Positions 53,785 to 64,000 of a stretch of DNA of 64,000 bases are shown in pieces. The notes beneath the pieces were generated by a model, which was given only the letters and a program-made list of their open reading frames with translations, was not told the origin of the DNA and ran no database searches. Position 1 is the first letter of the stretch. Each line of letters starts with the position of its first letter. Made by a program: the position numbers and the translations under genes. Source of the DNA: Felis catus (taxonomy: Eukaryota); the NCBI RefSeq assembly GCF_018350175.1, contig NC_058368.1, positions 188,420,001-188,484,000 of the forward strand, written 5' to 3'.

Positions 53785-56778
53785 GTAACCAGCCTCTCCT
53801 TCTCTGGGGAGGCCCTGAATTCCAAGCCAGGACTGTCAGGCAGGCGGTGTGGGGACCTCAGACTAGAAGGGGAAACCAAGCCTTGGGGCCTCCTAGTGAG
53901 TGCCATCCCTGGGAATGTGTGGGGCTGTCTGTCCTTCCTTCACCTTTGAGGGTGTCTGTGTTGTTTGGCCTTCACATTAAATGCCACAGTAGGAGCTTTG
54001 TGTGGACTCTGATGGGAAAAGATATATGGATTTTGCCAGTATTACTAAAAACTGGCTGTATCGTTCAATTAAAATTCCAAAGTGAAGGATTTGAAAAGCA
54101 TAAGAACTCTGTTCTCTCATCCCCGCTCCATCACACAATATCACCCCCTCTGCTGGCACCAAGAGTACTAACCTCTGACTATGCACTTGACTAGACTCAC
54201 ATTGACTTGGGCTCAAAGGCTGATTCTGCCACTTATCAGGTAGGTGACCTTGAGCTGGGTCACCTCCAAGCCTGAGTTTCCTCGACTGTGACCTGGGGAT
54301 CACAAAGAGTTGTCTACTGTACAGATGATTAAATGTGTCAGTGAATTCAGGGAACAGCACAACAGATGTCCAGTGACAGTCAATGTTAGCTGCTATTGTT
54401 CTGGTTGTTTAAAGTGATGGCAATGATGATTCAAAAGAACCTGTTTATAATCCCAATGACCAATAAAAATTACTAGAATAATAGAATAGGTGTTAGTGAA
54501 ATTCACTATATCCTTTTATTATCTCACACAAAGTAATGTATTAACTGATTGTTAGTTGTTCCTGAAAGACCTCAAATGTTTCTCGTTTAATTCTCACAAC
54601 ATCCATATAAAATAGGGACTGTCTGTACCCCATTTTAGAGATGTTGAAAATAGAGGCTACAGAGATTAAGCAACTTCCCCAATTTCACATACTTGGTAAG
54701 GATAGTACAGGGACTTGATTCCAATTCTGTCTCACTTCAAAGCCTGTGCATTTAAGTATTTGAAGAAGGTCTTACAAGAAGGGACATAGAGCAATGGTTT
54801 CCTATGTGCTTGGAGAACAGGAGGAAATAGGCATAAGTTACAAGTGAAGACATTTCCGCTGATGACCAGAAATAATCTTTCGATAGGAAAGTACCACACT
54901 GGAAAATGGGTACCCGAAAGGAATGTGGGACTATTCTTCTATTCTTAATCTTTTCGGGAAGACAAGAATTCAGTCATCTCCTCTCCGCCTGAGGAGGGTT
55001 TGAGTTTTAGACCCTGCCTTGAGGAAAGGCAAAAGCCTGAGCTAGATGATTATGTCAGATTCCTATCAATCCTCGTATAGTTAGTGAGCTCAGGAAACTT
55101 GGCCCTCGCATAGTAAACCCTTAAGTTACTTCTAATTTGGTAAACCACAGAAATTCCAGGAAGTCCATGTGAGAAACAGAGGGCATAGGACTTTGGAGAC
55201 CAGATGAGATGATAAAGCCAGGCACAAGGTTCCAGATGCTCTTCATCAGGCTCCCCTTTGTGGTTGTTTTCCCCTGTTCTTGGGTAAGGGTCTTCTAGGA
55301 CTTCTGAGTTTTAGCTGTGACAGAAAAATAGCCTTGCTGTGGTTCAATTTCCAGCAGAACAAAGAAAAACTAGAGAAAGCCGAAGGTGAGACACGGTTTT
55401 ATTTCAGCATAGGTAATCATTTCCAAAGAGTTGGGTCCCAAATACTTTTTACCTCTTGTTTTGTTACCGATTCAGTAGTTAAAAATCCCTCGGATCTAAA
55501 GTGAGAACTTTATATCCCACAATGCTTTACATTTGGACGCCAACCATAAAAGTCACCATTTATAGAGCATTTAAGGGCACTACGTTAAGCTGTTGTATGA
55601 ATTGGCTTATATAATCCATGTCTCAACCTGCTGAAGCAAGCACTAATATTTTGCTCATTTTAAAAACGATGACACCCAAGCTTAGAGTAATTGAATGTCT
55701 CGCCTGAGGCCACAGGCAAGTATAAGATACAGAGCTGAATCTAAACTCAGACCTATGTGACTCCAAAATCCAGGCTCTTCACCTGTGTGGCTCTCCAATT
55801 AGAGAGGGCATCAAAATCATATGGAGAGCATAACAGACCACCAGGCCCATCCCAAAGTGGCTGGTTTGGTAACTCTGAATTTGGATATCTATCAGTTTCC
55901 TCGGTGCTGCTGCTGATAATGGTGGCTGAATGATCAGGTTTGGGGAACCAGTGCATTGAATGATTCTAGTTAATGAATAAGTGATGCATGAGTGAATGAA
56001 TGAAGCTGTGATGTGGCACACTCATTGAAATACTCTACTAAGCCATTCCTCAGGTGCGAGTTTGGATACTCGTATTTGAGATCCAGTGCAAAGTCAACGA
56101 GATAGAAGGCCTGAGCTACAGCTCTTGTGTTTCTAACTTGATGTAACCTTGCTTGGTCTGTTGGTTTCGGTATGAAATGGGAAGACCAGGATCTACTGAA
56201 CTGCTTCATAAGGGTGTAAAATTGTTTTTAAAAGTGGAATGAAAATCTCTGTTGGTGAGTTTTGCACAGTAGGGACTAAATCCTTAAATGCCCTTGGAAA
56301 ATTGTAGGACAGTTTCTCTGTGCAGTCATCTGACCCTTTGGTCTCTGAATAACAATAACAAACACTGAGTTTACTGTGGTAGGCACAGTGCTAAGTGCTT
56401 TATATGTTTGTTTTTTATTTAATCCTCATAGCCAAACCTACGACATAGATGTTATTATTGTCATTTCACTGTTGAGGAAACTGAGGTTCATGGTGATTAA
56501 GTACCTCATTCCAAATCCCTTAGCCAATTCGTGGGGACAGGATTTCAGTGCTGGTCAGTCTTTCTTGACATTTCTGTGCCCTGCCTTATTCCCTATGAAA
56601 CCAAAGTTGTGCTGGAAGGTTCTTATCTCCACCAGGTCTTTGGTAAAGAGTTTTGTGCTCTTTGCATTTTTGGTGTATCAAGGCCTTCTCCATCTGCTAG
56701 CTAATCAGAAGTTAATTATTGAAGACAGCCCGTCAGTTAATGAGTGGATGGCAGCTGTAAAACTCTTTGCTTGTCTTA

Positions 56779-56990
56779 GGGCGCCTGGGTGGCTCAGTTG
56801 GTTAAGGGTCCGACTCATGATTTCAGCTCAGGTCATGATCTCACAGTTGGTGAGTTCGAGCCCCGCGTTGGGCTCTGCACTGGCAGGCTTGGGATTCAAT
56901 CTCTGTCTCTCTCTGTCTCTCTCTGCCCCTCCCCCACTCATTCTCTCTCTCTCTCTCTCTCTCTCAAAATAAATAAAAATTAAACAAACA
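56779..56990 (+). mobile_element. CanSINE, intron 2
   Basis: TSD-like ACTCTTTG(C)TTGTCT. Confidence 0.92.
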
Positions 56991-57182
56991 AACTACTCTT
57001 TGTTGTCTCTTCACGACCTGGAGTCCAAGTAGGGCCCAGTGACCTGAGATCATCTCAGCAAGTATTTGCTGTTACAAACAAGGCTGTGCTTTTCTGCAGT
57101 GCAAATGCACAGGTGGTTCATAAAACCCAGTCCCAAGTTCACGTTGTTCACAGTCCTGTTCTCCATTCCCTGTGCTCTCCAG

Positions 57183-57458
57183 TTTATGTTGTAGAGTTGG
57201 ACTGGCACCCTGATGCCCCCGGAGAAATGGTGGTCCTCACCTGCAATACTCCTGAAGAAGATGACATCACCTGGACCTCTGACCAGAGCAGTGAAGTCCT
57301 AGGCTCTGGTAAAACTCTGACCATCCAAGTCAAAGAATTTGCAGATGCTGGCCAGTATACCTGTCATAAAGGAGGCGAGGTTCTGAGCCATTCGTTCCTC
57401 CTGATACACAAAAAGGAAGATGGAATTTGGTCCACTGATATCTTAAGGGAACAGAAAG
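57183..57458 (+). CDS. IL12B: IL12B exon 3 (Ig-like D1 domain)
   Basis: CTCCAG|TTTATGTT...CAGAAAG|GTAATC; encodes [15 protein letters not shown]...STDILREQK; 276 nt. Confidence 0.97.
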
Positions 57459-57961
57459 GTAATCCCATTCCCTCAGATGGTGTTTTCTCTTTTGCCCCAT
57501 AAAAAATTAAAAAAAAAAATTTAATGTAAGTCCCTTGCTGAAACCACCCAGCACCTGTTTTTCTTTGCTTTCTTAGACACTTTGAGTAATCAACCATCCA
57601 CATCTCATGTTCAGAGATTTTCGTGGTGAATCTGGTTGGTTTTCCTGAAGTTCTTTTTAAATGGTTAATGGAAATTAACCAATGTGTATAGTTCATAACT
57701 CAGCTCTGTGATGGCAGCCTTGCCAAATTTAATCCCTCCCTCTGATATATCAGGTGCAAAGTATACTCTGCAGAATCAGCATCCTACTGACACATTCCCA
57801 GTCCTCGCTGAACTGCCTGTCAGGGAAGCAGCATCATTTTCCAAGGAAATAAATGGAAGATCTTCACTCCTGTACCACTTGGTGGCCTGTGGTTCATCAC
57901 AATTAAGATCTACCTGAAAGAAAACTTCTAAATATTGAATTTTTGTTCTTTTCAAATCCAG

Positions 57962-58079
57962 AATCCAAAAATAAGATCTTTCTAAAATGTGAGGCAAAGA
58001 ATTATTCTGGACGTTTCACCTGCTGGTGGCTGACGGCAATCAGTACCGATTTGAAATTCACTGTCAAAAGCAGCAGAGG
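57962..58079 (+). CDS. IL12B: IL12B exon 4
   Basis: ATCCAG|AATCC...AGAGG|GTAAGT; encodes [40 protein letters not shown]; 118 nt; not in the ORF track. Confidence 0.96.
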
Positions 58080-58986
58080 GTAAGTGAAACCACTCTGATC
58101 TCTTAGCATTTTGTGACAACTATTTCATTAAGAAAATAAGGGCAACCTAGCAATGGCCTATCAGTTAATGATAAGTGAGCAAACACAGTCAGACCTGTAT
58201 TTTTTTCAACACCCCCTCTTGCCTAAATTGGGAAAAGAACATGGAGATTTAAGCTAATCACCTGAACAAATGTGTAGGTTAGAACAGGACATTATTGGGG
58301 CCTGAGAATAGCCTCTGCTGTGTTTGAACCCACTCATCCAGATTGCCTGGCAATGCTTCATTAAGGCTCACGGCACCATGGGGAGGCATAAAAGGGGAAA
58401 TCGAAGCTACAAATGACTTGCCAAAATTGCACCCTGAGATGAAAAGAGAAACAAAAGCTCTCGGACACAGATCTTGAAAGCCCTGAAGCCGACTCCAAAA
58501 CTCTGAGGCCTCCAGAAATTTTCTCAGGGCCATTTCAACTCCTTTTCCCTCTGCTGACGTCACTAATCTGAAGTTCGTTGTTTGTCCAATACACTTGGAC
58601 TTCCCCTAAGAAACCAGTTTCCATGGATACCGAACCTATGTTAGCCAGTCTGTGTGACTTCCCTCACTCACCATCTAGGTTCCTGAACAAGGCAGGGTAA
58701 CAGAGCAAACCCCAGGTGATTAACTGAGCAAATTAACCTCTGGAGTCTTCCTTTCCATCTTTAAGATGAAAATCCATACTAAATGGATGCTTATACAAGG
58801 GCACAGAGACATGGAAGCCAGTGTTCATTGTAATGTTTTTGGTAATCAGCAGGGGAAAAGCTAAATAAAGCGTGGTACATTATCCCCCAGCTTAACGTGC
58901 ATTCATCAGAATGGATAACCCAATCTGTGTGGTCTGTCATGGAGCGCTCTCCATATGTTCCGAGGGGGAAGAGATGGTTACAAACC

Positions 58987-59074
58987 ATATATATATATAT
59001 ACATATACATATATATATATACATATATGTATATGTATATATATATATATGTATATGTATATATATATATGTAT
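58987..59074. repeat. (TA)n-rich microsatellite, intron 4
   Basis: Alternating purine-pyrimidine tract; TATACA-type left half and TGTATA-type right half (quasi-palindromic). Confidence 0.93.
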
Positions 59075-59618
59075 AGTAGGATCCTATTTAATGGAAAATA
59101 AAAGCATTGTCTGTATATAGACAAAATTTGTGTGAATGCATATATACATGTGGATATATGATTGGTCTGAATATTCATAGACTAAGGTCTGGAGGGACAC
59201 AACAAGCTATGAATAGTATTTCTATTTGGGGAGTGAGATTAGGGTTGAAAGAGGCACACACGTTTCATTTATACACATTTTTATCTTTTTAATTTTTTAT
59301 CATTAGCATGTGTTGATTGTGTAATTAGAATGAGAAAAACGAATTTAAAATTCTAATACGGAGATTTAACCCAGGGCTCTGGATCTAGAAATTTCTGGAT
59401 TCGTTTAGGCCAGAGGCATGTAAATGCAGAGCTGTCTCTAAATATTTGTACCACCTCTTGAAGCAAAGCTTGTTTTCATGGGGAGGGCAGATTCTTACCC
59501 CCTTAGGAGAAATCAAACCAGTTGGAGAAATTGTGTCCTCAAACAGCTGCCTGGCTCCAGCCCCTAGAAACTCACCCACAATTGTGTGACACAGGGTAAT
59601 GTCTGTCTTTGACTTCAG

Positions 59619-59836
59619 CTCCTCTGACCCCCAAGGGGTGACTTGTGGAGCAGCGACACTCTCAGCAGAGAAGGTCAGAGTGGACAACAGGGATTATAAG
59701 AAGTACACAGTGGAGTGTCAGGAGGGCAGTGCCTGCCCGGCTGCCGAGGAGAGCCTACCCATTGAAGTCGTGGTGGACGCTATTCACAAGCTCAAGTACG
59801 AAAACTACACCAGCAGCTTCTTCATCAGGGACATCA
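59619..59836 (+). CDS. IL12B: IL12B exon 5 (includes the interchain Cys in SACPAAEE)
   Basis: TTCAG|CTCC...GACATCA|GTGAGT; encodes [10 protein letters not shown]...[13 protein letters not shown]; 218 nt. Confidence 0.97.
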
Positions 59837-60097
59837 GTGAGTTTGCTTGATTATACGTACTTACTAAGGATAAATGCCATTTGTCACATGTACACAATGC
59901 CCCATGCACTGAGGTAAGGGGTTTACATGCATTATCTCTTTTATTCTAACCCCCCCCCAAAGTGTACAATGTAGATACTATTGTCTGCATTTTAAGGAAG
60001 AGAAAATTGAGTCTTACACAGGTTAAATAAGTTGCCCCAGATCTCACAGATAACAATTCAGACCCAGTCCCGCCCCACTAGAAAAAAGTAGGCTCTT

Positions 60098-60246
60098 GGG
60101 GCACCTGGGTGGCTCAGTCAGTTAAGCAACCGACTATTGATTTCGGCTCAGGTCATGATCTCACAGTTCATGAGTTTGAGCCCTGCATCTGGCTCCCTGC
60201 TGACAGTGTGGAGCCTGCTTGGGATTCTCTCTCTCCTTTCTCTCTC

Positions 60247-60331
<85 letters not shown>

Positions 60332-60361
60332 AAATAAATATACATTAAAAAAGGAAAGAAT
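60098..60361 (+). mobile_element. CanSINE with expanded (CT)n(CA)n, intron 5
   Basis: TSD AAGTAG(G/A)CTCTT. Confidence 0.92.
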
Positions 60362-61507
60362 AAGTAGACTCTTGGCTATACTTGTATTCTGCTATTCTGC
60401 TGTCCAGGAAGCTTCCACAGGGAACCTAGGAGGAGCCCCTCAAGCATACCATACCATGCCAGGCTTCCATACTAATTGTGGTTATTCCCAACCAATCTTT
60501 CTCCAGCATTGGAAAAGAGTCTTCTTTATTGGAATATAAGACCCTCCGAAATGGACATCGATTTTTTTTAATTTGCAGATGGAGATTTTGCCATTTGTCA
60601 TTTCCTTTGCCATTTATCCACTGAATTTTCATCATGAAGTAAAATGTATAAAACCACAGAACTCACTCTAGTATTTGTGGAGAGACTGCCCTTGGCGGGT
60701 AGGGAAAGGTTTGCATTTACATAGGATGGCCAGGGAAGGTCTCTCGGAGGTGACATTTAGCTGAGTTCTAAAGGAAAAAAGAAAAATGTCAGTTATGTTA
60801 ATAATAGAAGAATATTTGAAAAACATCTACCAGGAACCATGGTCTTTGGGATTTGGACATCCCATAGAATGTCTCCTCTGCCCTTGTCTAGACAAGGGTC
60901 TAGAGTCTTCCGTGATACTTGCTACTGTATCCTCTGTGCACAGTCTAGTTAGTGACTGGCACGTGACGGGTGCTCAGTCATCATTTATTGAATGAATGAA
61001 TGAGCATAGAGACAATTTGATAACTGCTGCAAGACGAGTCAGTGCCAGCTGCCATGAAAAGACAACAGAAAGAGCACTAAGTGGAAATTCTCTCATCTCA
61101 TCCCCAGCAAGGGGCTCCACTCAGCTCCAAGTTCAGTGCAAAGAGGCATATTGACCACAGAGAGGGTGGTCCTTCACCACGTAGCCCAGATATGAGTCTT
61201 GTCTCTACAAAATTTCTTCTGAGCACTATGCAGAGGTGGTTCCACTGCTATGGCTCATCTGATTGTGCAGTGGTGAGGATTCTGAGCCTCTCTAGGGGTC
61301 AGCCACAGAGGCTGTGGCCGCCTTCCACAGGCACCAGCAGCAGGGGTGCCTCATGTCTGCCAACAGGTGCCCAGAGAAGTGAAGTAACTACCTATGGACT
61401 CACAACTGGTCAAAGGTGAAAGTCGGTTCAGAAGCCAAACACCATACACCATACACCAAAGAGCCCCATTAGGAAAATAAAGGGCGTTTCTTTGGATTCT
61501 TCCACAG

Positions 61508-61665
61508 TCAAACCGGACCCACCCAAGAACCTGCAACTGAAGCCATTAAAAAATTCTCGGCATGTGGAAGTGAGCTGGGAATACCCTGACACCTGGAGCA
61601 CCCCACATTCCTACTTCTCCTTAACATTTGGCGTACAGGTCCAGGGCAAGAACAACAGAGAAAAG
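61508..61665 (+). CDS. IL12B: IL12B exon 6
   Basis: CCACAG|TCAAACCG...GAAAAG|GTAAGA; encodes [53 protein letters not shown]; 158 nt. Confidence 0.97.
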
Positions 61666-63033
61666 GTAAGATGTGATCCAGGCTCCGTGTATTCAGTTTT
61701 ATGCACATCCAGGGGATGAGGATACCAGTAACTAACATTTATCTAGCACTTTCTAAGTGCCTGAGACTGCGCTGAGGGTTTCACATGCATATCTCACTGA
61801 ATCCTTAAGGTAACCCTGCAAAGGCAGGTAGTATTATCACCACTTCACTCGTGGAGTCATGGAAGCTCAGAGAGGTTAAATGACTTGCTCAAAGTTACTC
61901 ATCTAGGAAAGAGGAAGGATCAGAACCACGGAATTCAGTCTAGGGGACGCAAATGGCCTGCACCGAACCACACTACTATTGCCTCCAGTATGGTTCGTCA
62001 TTAATTCTTGCACTCAGAATTGATCCCCGTATAAGAAATCTGGGCTCGAGGCACCTAAAATTATTGCTTGAATTTAGCAAGTGTAATGAATGATAGAACA
62101 TTCATGCTATGTCTCACCCAAAATGGATAATTCCCAGCTGTTCCACAGATGGTGAAATTATCTTATTGAACAGAATGTTAGTGTTCACACAGGCTATGAC
62201 AATGGCTTTCAAACTTCTTGCCTTGGCATCATAGTTCCCAGGTCCAAGATGCACTTTTATAAAGCCCAACACTGCTTTGACCCCGGTTTTAGAAATCACT
62301 GGATAAAGGCCTTATTCAGGATAGTATTTAGCATTTAGAAGGAATTCAGTCATTTAGTCACTCCCTGAACATTATGTTTTGTAGGAGGGAAGGGCTATTC
62401 TGGGTGAATTTTACCTAAATATTATTTAAAAACTTCATATGTATCTTCCCTACATAAGATTTATATCGTCAATAGATAAATATCTACTGAATACTTTCTA
62501 CCTGATGAAAGACTTCACTAAGAGTTTTACATGATGATTACCTTTAACTTTTACACGTCTTGAGGTAGGAATGATTATTATCCCTCTTTTATAAATGACG
62601 AAACTCAGACACAGAGCCTAAAGCATTTTCCTGTGATTACACAAATAAAAGTAAACAATGCCTGGATTTCAGCACGTTTTCTGATAAAAGGATCAGGATA
62701 TACTATTTAGGAATATCCAGGGGGCAGCTATAGCAAATCTGCCCTAGTCCCACCATCGCCCAGTACAGACTGAGTGTGCATTGGGCCTTCAGGCAAGGTA
62801 GCTGTGCTAGAAAGATGTGAGCTGGACGGAACCATTCCTCCCTCTGGGCTGAGGTAGAAAATGTGTTTAGAGCTTCTATCAGTAGGTGGCGCAAGTTCTA
62901 TACAACTCCACTGTTTATTGCAACTGTGGAGCCCTTAAACCCAGGTGTACTTGTTTTGAGAGACCAAGCGTTGCAAAAATAGGCCCAGCCCATCTTGTGA
63001 CTGCATTGCTAAAGACATCCCTCTCCTTTGCAG

Positions 63034-63165
63034 AAAGACAGACTCTCCGTGGACAAGACCTCAGCCAAGGTCGTGTGCCACAAGGATGCCAAGATCCGCG
63101 TGCAAGCCAGAGACCGCTACTATAGCTCATCCTGGAGCAACTGGGCATCCGTGTCCTGCAGTTAG
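63034..63165 (+). CDS. IL12B: IL12B exon 7 (C-terminus and stop)
   Basis: TTGCAG|AAAGAC...TGCAGTTAG|GTGAGC; encodes [43 protein letters not shown]; 132 nt. Confidence 0.97.
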   Translation, partial: KDRLSVDKTSAKVVCHKDAKIRVQARDRYYSSSWSNWASVSCS

Positions 63166-63633
63166 GTGAGCAGGCCCACAAAGCCCAGCCCGTACCTAAA
63201 CACTCAGTGGACCCAGGTGCAGGGCTTTGGTGGGGGGCAGTGCAGGAGAAGAAAGGGGAGACAGGGTGCCCGGCACATAGTCACTAGAGTCAGAAACATA
63301 CATTTGTTCATTAACAGATATTTGATGCCCATATTGTTCCAGGCACTGTGCTGGGTACAGAGATACTGCAGTAAAGAAAACATACATAGGTCCTGTTGCT
63401 CTAAGGGTCAGAGCAAAAATGGCTTGCAAGCTGTTTTCAGGACTTAGAACCTTCTCCTAGGCACCCTGGGGGGGACACTGAAAGCAGCCATATCCTAGAC
63501 CACATACGGGCAGGCTGGGCCCTTCTAACATGGAATCCCTAAAACCTCATTGCCCCAATAATATGTTGTGCGAAATAAGAAGGGTTTGCTGCCACATTTC
63601 TAATTCACATAGACTGTTGGTATTCTTTTTCAG

Positions 63634-64000
63634 GTTCCAATCCCAGGATGAAACCTTGGAGGAAAAGTGGAAGATATTATGCAGAAGTTTTTAAAGAGAC
63701 AATGGAATAGGCCCCAAAAGTTATTTTCTACCTAATTTGCTTTTTGCAAAGGATCATTATAATGTTTTTGTAGTAGTTTTACATTGAAATGCCAAATGCC
63801 CACTGAAGCAATTAGCTACTTTATTTATAGATTTTCTAGCTAGCAGGTTGCCACCGACCTTAATGCTATTTAAATATTTAAGTAATTTATGTATTTATTA
63901 ATTTATTGTTATTGAACACTTCTGTGTCAAGATGTATTGTATGTTTCATACTCTCAGGACCTGATCTGTAAGGAATAGGCCCTATTATGCAAAATGTGAA
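63634..64000 (+). other. IL12B: IL12B exon 8 (3' UTR, truncated by window end)
   Basis: Acceptor TTCTTTTTCAG|GTTCC; CCAGGATGAAA..GGAGGAAAAGTGGAAGATATT matches my recollection of the human 3' UTR start; no AATAAA in this exon within the window. Confidence 0.88.
63823..63905 (+). promoter_or_regulatory. AU-rich element cluster in the 3' UTR
   Basis: ATTTA at 63823, 63868, 63876, 63885, 63893 and 63901. Confidence 0.8.

Larger units (their letters stand above)
49330..64000 (+). other. IL12B: IL12B gene (interleukin-12 subunit beta, p40), 8 exons; 3' end beyond the window; TSS approximate
   Basis: Spliced CDS gives 329 aa [50 protein letters not shown]...[18 protein letters not shown], with signal peptide, Ig-like domain, two FnIII domains and a WSxWS-like motif; all introns GT-AG with consistent phases. 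Confidence 0.98.

Noticed and set aside
53697..54194. 165-aa ORF from the IL12B ATG (likewise 57086-57502, 59599-59850, 61492-61719)
   Set aside because: Exon plus intron read-through; true boundaries are set by splice sites
1..64000. Recurring 200-bp units as a CRISPR-like or novel array
   Set aside because: They are dispersed CanSINEs with individual TSDs and irregular spacing; no prokaryotic features are present

Overview
Mammalian genomic DNA, almost certainly from a felid (cat-type CanSINEs and L1s; the protein matches my recollection of feline IL-12p40). The only protein-coding gene is IL12B (IL-12/IL-23 p40 subunit) on the + strand. It has a TATA promoter at about 49.1-49.3 kb, a non-coding exon 1 ending at 49416 and six coding exons (53697-63165; 88+276+118+218+158+132 = 990 nt = 329 aa + stop, all GT-AG). 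A 3'-UTR exon with an AU-rich block starts at 63634 and runs off the window. The 49 kb upstream has no recognisable gene and is repeat-rich: about 20 CanSINEs, a 13-kb nested L1/LTR/L1/SINE stack (13-26 kb), old LTRs, DNA-transposon remnants and microsatellites. I found no convincing new biological system. The best leads are regulatory: a (CAA/CAG)15 tract between the TATA box and the body of exon 1, a CpG island about 1 kb upstream that looks like a divergent promoter, and an Oct/ETS cluster that may be the distal enhancer. Repeat family names and cross-species comparisons are from memory, not from searches.
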